A stretch of 32,455 nucleotides of DNA, from IMG/VR virus record IMGVR_UViG_3300030085_001831, positions 1-32,455 of that record; one strand, 5' to 3'. Shown here one piece after another: positions 8,387 to 16,137 of this stretch. The position numbers and the translations under genes were made by a program. The notes beneath the pieces were generated by a model that searched no databases, had not been told where the DNA came from, and saw only the letters and a program-made list of their open reading frames with translations. Every line of letters starts with the position of its first letter. The first letter of the stretch is position 1. This DNA is from a virus (Duplodnaviria; Caudoviricetes).

Positions 8387-8436
8387 GTGATCCTCCTCTG
8401 AGGCGAAGAAATCGGTGGTGAGGTTGACAAGGTGAT

Positions 8437-8465
8437 GGGAGACCTGACGCGATGCCAGATCTCCC
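8437..8465 (-). other. 12-bp RNA hairpin after the 205-aa gene, no U-tract
   Basis: gggagatctggc-atcgc-gtcaggtctccc is fully paired with two G-U pairs only on the - strand. Confidence 0.6.
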
Positions 8466-8473
8466 TCCCGGTG

Positions 8474-9091
8474 TTACTCAAGGTGCATGCTGTCTGCACC
8501 ATGATCCTGATCGACTGGTGCCTCGACCAACCCTGTCTCCCGGGCAAATGTCCAGAAGTCATCCTTGTTGGCTTGGTACGTCTCCATAGTGAGCTGACCC
8601 TTCCTGGCCCTCATCCGCTGAACCTTGGGCAGATCCTTGAGCCGAGTATAAGCGCCGAAGCTGATGCCGCTGACGTCGATGGCGTGCTGCCTGACAGGGC
8701 CGCGAGCTACCTTGAACGCCTCGTTGATTGTCCACCACTGGACACGAAGGCGCTCAAGCTGCTCGTCGTACTGCTCGATGGTGTTCTGCGTGATCTCGAT
8801 ACCGACATCGTTGCGGATGGCCTTGGCACGCTCACGCTTGACCTGAACGGCACGGTTAGCGACGTTGTCGAGCATCTTCTCGAACATGCGGGGCAGCTGG
8901 TCGCCGAGCTTGGCCTGTATGATGACGTCGTTGCCGTCGTCGAACATGTCGATGACAGCCTTGAGACGGCTGGCAAGCTCACGACACCACCGTGCATGGT
9001 AGTCGTCGTCGGGCAGCTGATCTTTCTGCAGTGCCTTGGCGATGCGGTCAAGATTCTCAGGTGTCAGGTCGTCCATTGTCATCTCAGTCAT
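8474..9091 (-). CDS. Hypothetical helical protein, probably highly expressed
   Basis: 205 aa; GAGGAG RBS; strong C/G-ending codon bias like ssb. Confidence 0.88.
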   Translation of the reverse strand: MTEMTMDDLTPENLDRIAKALQKDQLPDDDYHARWCRELASRLKAVIDMFDDGNDVIIQAKLGDQLPRMFEKMLDNVANRAVQVKRERAKAIRNDVGIEITQNTIEQYDEQLERLRVQWWTINEAFKVARGPVRQHAIDVSGISFGAYTRLKDLPKVQRMRARKGQLTMETYQANKDDFWTFARETGLVEAPVDQDHGADSMHLE

Positions 9092-9103
9092 GTGATTCTC
9101 CTC

Positions 9104-9433
9104 TCAGTCAAACAGGTAGTTACGATAGCCTTTAACCCAGAACAAACTGGAACTGGCTTCTATCAAAACCTCGCAACCCTCTTGTGTCAGCTTGTCTGCC
9201 CAGCGATGCTCCTTGAACATCTTCTGCGAGTCAGCAGGGCAACCAAGGTTGTGCATGACGTTTAGTGCAGCAGTGATGCGTCGGATGTGCTTACGCAGCT
9301 CAGACTCCCAATCGCTCCACTCCCCACGGTGACAGGTCATCTCCTCACCAAGGTTGATGAGCAACTGCTCGTGGATACGGATAAGATCGGCAGGGCTGAT
9401 CTCCCAGATGGTGTTCGGTATCTTCGTAATCAT
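9104..9433 (-). CDS. Hypothetical protein
   Basis: 109 aa; GAGGTG RBS. Confidence 0.8.
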   Translation of the reverse strand: MITKIPNTIWEISPADLIRIHEQLLINLGEEMTCHRGEWSDWESELRKHIRRITAALNVMHNLGCPADSQKMFKEHRWADKLTQEGCEVLIEASSSLFWVKGYRNYLFD

Positions 9434-9452
9434 GATTCACCTCTACGTTTGC

Positions 9453-9476
9453 GGGGTGGGCAACCTCACCCACCCC
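9453..9476 (-). other. GC-rich hairpin between early genes
   Basis: ggggtgggt-gaggtt-gcccacccc. Confidence 0.6.
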
Positions 9477-9490
9477 ATGTTGGCTTTGTG

Positions 9491-9688
9491 TCAGTCAAAG
9501 ATGTTGATATCAGAGTCGCTCATCTGCTCTGCAAGATCAGCAGCACGTTGCAGATCGCCTGACTCCAGTGCCAGACGAACCTCATCTGCTGCCCAGACAT
9601 CAGGCAGATCTGTGAACGAATGATGTGCGATGACGGTATCAGCAATGACCTCGGACTCATCGACCGGACGGAACTTGTATGGTTGCAT
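9491..9688 (-). CDS. Hypothetical acidic protein; first gene of the leftward arm
   Basis: 65 aa; AAGGAG RBS; D/E-rich. Confidence 0.82.
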   Translation of the reverse strand: MQPYKFRPVDESEVIADTVIAHHSFTDLPDVWAADEVRLALESGDLQRAADLAEQMSDSDINIFD

Positions 9689-9713
9689 GGTCTTTCTCCT
9701 TTACGTTTGACCA

Positions 9714-10254
9714 GTTCGCTACACACTCACAACGATTGGTAGCCTTGACCCCGCCGGACCACAGCAGGCTCGCAGCAGTCAAGCCCCTTGCCCGCAAGGG
9801 TGAATATTGTTTGGCCGGTATAGAACGAGATGATTGAGAAACATGAGCCGCGCTACTGCACGGCGACACCATACGGATCACACAAGATATGAGCCAAAGA
9901 ATATTCAGGGCTTTACTGATCGAGACTGAATGGGGTCATCATTTCATGATAGGCTAACAAATCGTTGTGTGTGTGTTTCAAGACAGAGAGTCGCCCTGTG
10001 GAGTTCGCTGATGTCCCCATCAGGACATCAGTGAAACACAGCGACGAACGGTAACGTGATGACTCGCATGTGAGTGTGTTAGCGGAACCCAGAATCTCAG
10101 CGGAAGGGCGGTGCGAGCCGACCTTTCACCTGAGATTATGATGGTGTCCGATTACTACGAATCATGCTGTTGATACGAGAACGAAAAGAAACGACACAGT
10201 AAGAACGTGATGTAGGTCAGGCTCCGCAGATGAGCTTTAGCTCAACCTGTGGAG
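9714..10254 (+). other. Large structured non-coding element (ssDNA promoter/origin or ncRNA)
   Basis: Nested inverted repeats 9721-9815 with 9893-9976; hairpins at 9990-10045, 10093-10137 and 10222-10254 with G-T pairs on the + strand; no credible ORF. Confidence 0.75.
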
Positions 10255-10260
10255 GAACAA

Positions 10261-10273
10261 TAACAATGGCTTA
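10261..10273 (+). promoter_or_regulatory. Possible IHF site
   Basis: TAACAAtggcTTA is one mismatch from WATCAANNNNTTR, just upstream of the terS promoter. Confidence 0.3.
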
Positions 10274-10284
10274 CAACAAGTGAC

Positions 10285-10315
10285 TTGACAGGGTTTTGAG
10301 AGGACTGTGTATACT
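10285..10315 (+). promoter_or_regulatory. Sigma70-type promoter for terS
   Basis: TTGACA-N19-TATACT, 26 nt before the ATG; the spacer is longer than optimal. Confidence 0.6.
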
Positions 10316-10341
10316 CGCTCGTAGCGCAACAGGACACGAAC

Positions 10342-10776
10342 ATGACCAAGGCAGACGAAAGCCAACAAGAGCGATACAAAGGTGGTGTGGTTCCGATGGA
10401 AGACATCGAGAAACATGCTCCCGAAGTGCGGACGGCACAGCCGCAAATTACTGATGCACAAGCGGAGTTGGTGCATGTAATCTTGCATGATGGTTGCAAC
10501 CCAACAGAAGCAGCAGAGAGGTTGGGCAGGAACAAGGCTTGGGCGTACAATACGCTACGAAAACAGCATGTTATCGAATACAGACAACAGTTGGCTATGC
10601 TGACTTTGGGATGGGACGCCACACAAGCGATGGCAACAATGAGAGAACTGCTGACAAGCAAGTCACAATACGTCAGGCTGGAAGCTGCAAGGGATCTGAT
10701 GGATCGTGCTGGATTCAGACAGGACGCGGTGAGAACACCTAGCACTGCGGTGCAGATTAACTTCAATGTTGACTAG
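10342..10776 (+). CDS. terS: Terminase small subunit (putative)
   Basis: N-terminal HTH (NPTEAAERLG), SQYVRLEAARDLMDRAG, C-terminal strand VQINFNVD; first late gene. Confidence 0.8.
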   Translation: MTKADESQQERYKGGVVPMEDIEKHAPEVRTAQPQITDAQAELVHVILHDGCNPTEAAERLGRNKAWAYNTLRKQHVIEYRQQLAMLTLGWDATQAMATMRELLTSKSQYVRLEAARDLMDRAGFRQDAVRTPSTAVQINFNVD

Positions 10777-10913
10777 GGGTCCCAACGCTAATGTAGGTCT
10801 CTGTGTAAACCGCCTTAGAAAACTGCGACGGACCACATAGACGGTATTTCACACGCACAACGGATCAATCTAGAGCAACCCCCCAAAAAATATTTTAACC
10901 CAAGGAGGCGATT

Positions 10914-11600
10914 ATGGGTGAGAAAAGTCCAAGCGAAGGCGGCGGCAACGAAAGAGCAAGATCAGCTCGACTGAAGAAAGAGCGTGAAGCTGCTGAAGCC
11001 GCAAGAAGGGCTGCCGCAAAACAGCCGATGAAGGTCTCAACAACAAATCGAACAGACAGACAGCAAATGGCTACTGCTGACAGGATGCCCGGTGGCTATG
11101 GCGGCATGACAAGATCAAAAGCGGCAATGGGCACGAGAGCATCTGCCATTGAAGAGCTTACTGCACGAAGGGATGATACCCGCAATCCAATTAGCCGAAT
11201 GAACCTTGATAATCAGATTAGGGAACTAAAAGCTGGCGGTACTCCTGTTCAGACAACCTTTAGCCGTACAGGTGCCAGAGCCGGTGAGGTTTTGACTGTT
11301 GGGGTTGTTGGCAGGGGTGGAAGATTCTCTGGCCGTCAGGGATTTGATCCCGGTTCCGGTAATGTCAGGCTGAATCCCAATACCGGCGCATATGAATCTA
11401 GATATGGAATGGGGGGAACTAGCGGTTCTGGTGGCGATAGTGAAAGAGCAACAACATCAGCTACTGCCCCATCTACTCCAGTAAAGTCTATAACTGGAGC
11501 CACACAACCTCCGACTGGCCTTGGATCTGAAGATGCTGCACGAAGAGCATTTCTTCAATCCGGTTCAGGTGGAGTTATCCGACGTAAATACGGTTTGTAA
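10914..11600 (+). CDS. Hypothetical low-complexity G/R/S/T-rich protein
   Basis: 228 aa; AAGGAGG RBS; stop coupled to terL. Confidence 0.8.
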   Translation: MGEKSPSEGGGNERARSARLKKEREAAEAARRAAAKQPMKVSTTNRTDRQQMATADRMPGGYGGMTRSKAAMGTRASAIEELTARRDDTRNPISRMNLDNQIRELKAGGTPVQTTFSRTGARAGEVLTVGVVGRGGRFSGRQGFDPGSGNVRLNPNTGAYESRYGMGGTSGSGGDSERATTSATAPSTPVKSITGATQPPTGLGSEDAARRAFLQSGSGGVIRRKYGL

Positions 11601-13141
11601 TGCAACTTGATTACAAACCACCCGGCCCCATAGCAAAAGCCTTTATGAAGGACGAGGCTTTTGTTCGGGGGATCAGGGGTCCTGTGGGATCTGGCAAGTC
11701 TGTCACTTGTTGCATGGAGATAATGCGCCGTGCAGTTAACCAGAAGCCAAATGAAGGTGGTATAAGGCGCTCAAGGTGGGCCGTTATCAGAAATACCAAT
11801 CCCCAGCTAAAAACCACCACGATCAAGACTTGGCGTGACTGGTTCTCAGACGAGATTGGCAAGTTTGTGTGGTCGCCTCCGTATACACATCTTGTCAATT
11901 TCTCTCTGGGGGATAAGACTACTGTTGAGCTTGAAGTCATCTTCTTGGCTTTGGATAAGCAGGAGGATGTTAAGAAGCTGCTGTCATTGGAACTTACAGG
12001 AGTATGGATCAATGAAGCACGAGAGATCCCTAAATCGATTGTGGACGCCTGCACCATGCGCGTGGGCCGCTTTCCCTCTATGCGTGATGGTGGGCCTTCT
12101 TGGTTTGGCGTTATCATGGACACAAACGCACCAGACGAGACGCACTGGTGGGGGATCATGTCAGGAGAAGTCCCAGCACCTGAATATATGGCAGAAGAAG
12201 AGAAGATCCTTCTAATCAAGCCAGATGACTGGATGTTTTTTTCCCAGCCAAGTGCCATGAAGGAGATCAAGAACCAATCCGGCGGTATTGAGGGCTATGA
12301 GCTAAACAACAAGAGGGAAAACAAAGAAAACCTCCAGCCCAACTATTATGACAAGATTATCCTTGGTAAGGCCCCGTCCTGGGTTAAGGTTTATGTACTA
12401 AATCAGTATCAGGCCCTAATGGACGGCAAGGCCGTCTATCAGTCATTCAGAAAGGAAGCCCATGTTGCCCAATCACCCATTGAGCCGATCGATGGCAGGG
12501 AGGTTATCGTTGGCATTGACTTTGGCCGCACGCCGTCGGCAATCTTTACGCAACAACTCCACTCGGGCAAGTGGACAGTATTCCACGAGGTTATCGGGCA
12601 GGACATGGGGGCAGGAAGGTTTGCGGATGTCCTCAAAAGAGAAATCACTCGACACGGATGGGACAAGCACGACTTCAAGTTCATAGGCGACCCTGCTGGC
12701 AACCAGATGGCCCAGACATCAGAGCAGACGCCGTTTATGATTTTAAGGGCGGCCGGCATTCAGGCTTATCCTGCGCCAAGCAACGACACACAGATACGCA
12801 TCGAAGCTGTCGATGGTGTCCTAAACAGGATGGTGGATGGCTATCCGTCAGTTGCAATCAGCCCGAATTGCACTGTGCTAATCTCTGGTTTTGAGGGTGG
12901 CTATCAATATAAGCGCCAGTATCACATGGGTAACGAGCGGTTTGAGGAAAGACCGTCGAAGAACAGGTTCTCTCATATTCACGATGCTCTCCAATATGCG
13001 TTCTTAGGGGGTGGTGAAGGTCGAAAGGTAGTGTTCGGTGGGAGTAAGCGGCCTTCCCATACAACCGTTGCGAGGGTTGGAAACCCTTTGGAGAGACAAA
13101 GAGAGCGTAATGGCTTCAAATCTAGGCGTCTCAGGGCATGA
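11600..13141 (+). CDS. terL: Terminase large subunit
   Basis: Walker A GPVGSGKS, Walker B VWINEA, coupling motif DTNAP, nuclease motifs GIDFG and HIHDALQY. Confidence 0.97.
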   Translation: MQLDYKPPGPIAKAFMKDEAFVRGIRGPVGSGKSVTCCMEIMRRAVNQKPNEGGIRRSRWAVIRNTNPQLKTTTIKTWRDWFSDEIGKFVWSPPYTHLVNFSLGDKTTVELEVIFLALDKQEDVKKLLSLELTGVWINEAREIPKSIVDACTMRVGRFPSMRDGGPSWFGVIMDTNAPDETHWWGIMSGEVPAPEYMAEEEKILLIKPDDWMFFSQPSAMKEIKNQSGGIEGYELNNKRENKENLQPNYYDKIILGKAPSWVKVYVLNQYQALMDGKAVYQSFRKEAHVAQSPIEPIDGREVIVGIDFGRTPSAIFTQQLHSGKWTVFHEVIGQDMGAGRFADVLKREITRHGWDKHDFKFIGDPAGNQMAQTSEQTPFMILRAAGIQAYPAPSNDTQIRIEAVDGVLNRMVDGYPSVAISPNCTVLISGFEGGYQYKRQYHMGNERFEERPSKNRFSHIHDALQYAFLGGGEGRKVVFGGSKRPSHTTVARVGNPLERQRERNGFKSRRLRA

Positions 13142-13575
13142 AATGGATAATCTGCTTTAAAAAGGCTAATAATATTGGCACTTGGAGGTTATTTACGGCT
13201 CATAGACCCGATTTTGGGCATGTATTTGCCGTCAGATACGATCCTGATCTTGATTTATGGGTTAGGTTTGAGTGTGCCAGCCAAAGATTCAATTTTGACT
13301 TGCTTTCGGAAGAGGCTGCTGACTATTTGGTTTATGATATGGTCGAAAACTGCCTCTGCGTTGAGGTAGAAGCTGTAGACAACTCTATTTATGCCCCTCG
13401 TTGGCTTTATTGCGTAAGTTTTGTAAAGCATATTATAGGTATCAGGAAACCTTGGGTTCTGACGCCTTATCAGCTGTATTGTGAATTGATTAAAAAAGAA
13501 CACCGTATCATCTTTACCAAATCACAAGGAGAAGACGATGGGATTCATGTCTGCCCCCAGCCCGCCGCCACCTGA
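13138..13575 (+). CDS. Hypothetical protein, possible permuted papain-like (NlpC/P60) enzyme
   Basis: FGHV ... YCVSFV ... TPYQLY, with His before Cys. Confidence 0.6.
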   Translation: MKWIICFKKANNIGTWRLFTAHRPDFGHVFAVRYDPDLDLWVRFECASQRFNFDLLSEEAADYLVYDMVENCLCVEVEAVDNSIYAPRWLYCVSFVKHIIGIRKPWVLTPYQLYCELIKKEHRIIFTKSQGEDDGIHVCPQPAAT

Positions 13576-13771
13576 TCCAGAGTTGGCAAAGCAGCGTAAG
13601 GCTGAAGAAGATCGACTTGCAAAACAAAAAGCTGAAGACGAGCGTCGTCAAGCGGAAATGGAACGTAAGCAGCGCCAGAATCTTATTGGTGCAAGATCGT
13701 TGCAGGATGAGGATATTGTTGGATTCACTGGATATCGCCGCAGAAGCCTCGGCAAATCCATAAGGAGTTAA
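13538..13771 (+). CDS. Small virion/tail-assembly protein upstream of portal
   Basis: MG...PSPPPPDP plus coil; position equivalent to T7 gp7.3-type genes. Confidence 0.75.
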   Translation: MGFMSAPSPPPPDPELAKQRKAEEDRLAKQKAEDERRQAEMERKQRQNLIGARSLQDEDIVGFTGYRRRSLGKSIRS

Positions 13772-13772
13772 T

Positions 13773-15350
13773 ATGTCACCCCATGTAGATGACGGCAATC
13801 CGACCCCAGCATCGGCTGCATCAGGCAATAAGGAAGAGCTGAAGCGTGTAATGGATCGCTTCAAGAAGGCCAAAGGACGCTGGAACTCTTGGACCGATTT
13901 GTGGGAAGAGATCTATGATTACGTTCTTCCTCATCGTGAGAGTTTTTTTCAAGAAAGCCCAGCAGCTCGGCGTACCGAAAATATATATGATGAGACTGCT
14001 GTGGTTGGTCTGCCTAAGTTTGCTTCTCGTCTACAACTTGGTTTCTTTCCACCGAATGGTCGTGCATTCCGACTTCTACCCGGCCCCGAGTTTCCTAACG
14101 AACTCCGCAGTAAATCCCTAGAAGAAGAGCTTGATCGTATCACAGACCTTATCCATGAGGGTCTGCGGAACTCTAACTTCAATGCCGAGATGCACGAAGG
14201 CTTACAAGACCTTGGCCTTGGGACCATGAACCTCCTTGCTGAAGAGGGGCGGTTTATGGGTGATCTGCATTTTACGTCTGTACCTCCCACCAATCTTGCG
14301 CTTCTCCCCGGTAAGCAAGATACGGTGACAGACTGGTTCCGCTGGAACTACCAGACAGATCTGACCGAAGTAAAACATCGGTATCCCAAGGCTAAATTTA
14401 CAGACAAGATGCTCAAGGAGCAGAAGAAGAACCCAAATCGCAAAACACGCATTGTTGAAGCCACAATGTATGATGCGACTAATAGGTTTAAGGACGAGTA
14501 TACCTATTATCTGATCTCCGAGACCGATCAGGCAATTCTGATGAAAGAGAAGCTAAACGGTCGTGGTGCTACCCCTTGGATTACAACACGTTGGTCTAAG
14601 TCCGGTTTTGAGGTTTGGGGCCGTGGTCCTGTGCTGCAAGCAATGCCAGCAATCAAGACGTTGAATCTGACTGTGCAGCTTATCCTTGAGAACGCCGAAA
14701 TGGCTATCTCTGGCAGCTATGTCTATGATGATGATGGTGTTTTCAACCCTGACAATATTACCATTCAGCCGGGTACATTTATTCCAAGAAGCCCCGGTAG
14801 TGTAATCGATAGTCTTCAAAGCCCAGGACGGTTTGACGTAGCCCAATTAGTATTGGATGATATGCGCCGCAACGTCCGTAAGGCGCTCTTCATTGACGAA
14901 CTGGACACTCGTCCTAATGCGAGAACTCCACTTTCTGCTACAGAAGTCAGTGAACGTCTTGCAGACGTTGCACGAGATATGGGTGCCGTTGCTGGCAGGA
15001 TGCAGAAAGAATTTTTGCAGCCGCTGGTTGAGCGCATCGTCTATATCTATAAGAAGCAAGGCCTCTTAGACATACCAAAGGTGGACGGACGCGAACTGCG
15101 TATCGTTCCAGTTTCTCCCCTGCTACGAGCGCAGGACCAGCAAGACGTTGCTGATTTTGTCAGGTTTCAGCAAACTGTTGCCTCCACCTTTGGACCTGAG
15201 ATTACCCCTGTCCTGTACAATCAGGAAAAGGTAGTTCAATATCTTGCTCAGAAGTTTGGGATCATGGAGGAGCTTCTTGCAGATCCCAAGCAGGTGCAGG
15301 GCAATGTCGAAGTTCTGCAACAGTTGATGCAAACACAACAGGGGCAATAG
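13773..15350 (+). CDS. Portal (head-to-tail connector), T7 gp8/BPP-1 type
   Basis: WEEIYDYVLP, DLGLGT, RWSKSGFEVWGRGP, SATEVSER and EFLQPLVER motifs; 525 aa. Confidence 0.96.
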   Translation: MSPHVDDGNPTPASAASGNKEELKRVMDRFKKAKGRWNSWTDLWEEIYDYVLPHRESFFQESPAARRTENIYDETAVVGLPKFASRLQLGFFPPNGRAFRLLPGPEFPNELRSKSLEEELDRITDLIHEGLRNSNFNAEMHEGLQDLGLGTMNLLAEEGRFMGDLHFTSVPPTNLALLPGKQDTVTDWFRWNYQTDLTEVKHRYPKAKFTDKMLKEQKKNPNRKTRIVEATMYDATNRFKDEYTYYLISETDQAILMKEKLNGRGATPWITTRWSKSGFEVWGRGPVLQAMPAIKTLNLTVQLILENAEMAISGSYVYDDDGVFNPDNITIQPGTFIPRSPGSVIDSLQSPGRFDVAQLVLDDMRRNVRKALFIDELDTRPNARTPLSATEVSERLADVARDMGAVAGRMQKEFLQPLVERIVYIYKKQGLLDIPKVDGRELRIVPVSPLLRAQDQQDVADFVRFQQTVASTFGPEITPVLYNQEKVVQYLAQKFGIMEELLADPKQVQGNVEVLQQLMQTQQGQ

Positions 15351-15613
15351 TGAGTAAGCAACGTGGAACGATTTCGGTTGATGGTCGCGGATATACTAGT
15401 GACGTTGAAGCTGATCTTAATTCTAAGGCCTACGGTCTCTTTGGCTCTGGGATTGGCAGGGATTTTCTCCAGTATCTCGAAAGCATTACGACGCAAAGCA
15501 TACACCCTGCTGGAACAAATATCGAAGTATTAGCCCATGCTGAAGGCGCTAGATGGGTTGTTGCAATTATGAAGAAGCGTTGCGAGCTAGGAAGGAAACA
15601 GGGCGATGGCTAA
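15350..15613 (+). CDS. Bbp19-like small phage protein
   Basis: LFGSGIGRDFLQYL...LAHAEGARWVV directly after the portal. Confidence 0.75.
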   Translation: MSKQRGTISVDGRGYTSDVEADLNSKAYGLFGSGIGRDFLQYLESITTQSIHPAGTNIEVLAHAEGARWVVAIMKKRCELGRKQGDG

Positions 15614-15743
15614 ACCGGCAAATCCTAGTCTGTATGCAAGAGCAAAGGCCATTGTTAAAGCAAGGGTCAAGAAGTGGCCTAGCGCATATGCAAGCGGCCA
15701 GTTGGTTCAGCAGTACAAGCGCATGGGTGGCAAGTACAAATGA
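15606..15743 (+). CDS. 45-aa basic protein (MAKPANPSLYARAK...KWPSAYASGQLVQQYK), not in the ORF track
   Basis: Translated by hand; ATGA-coupled to the next gene. Confidence 0.8.
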   Translation: MAKPANPSLYARAKAIVKARVKKWPSAYASGQLVQQYKRMGGKYK

Positions 15744-15973
15744 GCCTGACCAAGTGGTTCAATGAGAAGTGGGTAGACATATCCACGAAGAAAGATGGAA
15801 AGCATCCTGCATGTGGCCGCAAGATGGGCGATGGCAGGAGGGGCTATCCAAAGTGTGTTCCTGCGTCCAAGGCTGCAAGGATGTCTTCTTCTGAGAAGAA
15901 AAGTGCAACTCGACGCAAAAGAGCAACTAATCCTTCAGGTGGCGGTAAAAAGCCAACATATGCGAGGACATAA
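15740..15973 (+). CDS. 77-aa basic protein (MSLTKWFNEKWVD...YPKCVP)
   Basis: Coupled at both ends; K/R-rich. Confidence 0.82.
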   Translation: MSLTKWFNEKWVDISTKKDGKHPACGRKMGDGRRGYPKCVPASKAARMSSSEKKSATRRKRATNPSGGGKKPTYART

Positions 15974-16137
15974 TGGCAGATAGAAAGAAGCAGCTTACTG
16001 ATAGGCAGAAAGCAACGATGAAAAAGCATCGTAAGCATCACACTAAGGCTCATATGGATTTTATGACCAAGAAGATGATGGGTGGCGCAACCTTTACCCA
16101 AGCGCATAAGATGGCTATGAAAAAAGTTGGTAACTAA
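15973..16137 (+). CDS. 54-aa K/H/M-rich basic protein (MADRKKQLTDRQK...), not in the ORF track
   Basis: Translated by hand; TAATG coupling at both ends. Confidence 0.8.
   Translation: MADRKKQLTDRQKATMKKHRKHHTKAHMDFMTKKMMGGATFTQAHKMAMKKVGN

Noticed and set aside
8432-9265. 277-aa + strand ORF
   Set aside because: Antisense shadow of the strongly codon-biased 205-aa gene; no RBS or recognisable motif
9657-9881. 74-aa - strand ORF in the structured region
   Set aside because: No RBS; overlaps the real gene start out of frame; sequence is constrained by base pairing
9966-9976. (TG)n microsatellite
   Set aside because: Explained as the partner strand of ACACACTCACA in the long stem
11611-12270. 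219-aa - strand ORF, and similar antisense ORFs across the late arm
   Set aside because: Lie wholly inside well-supported + strand genes such as terL; shadow frames
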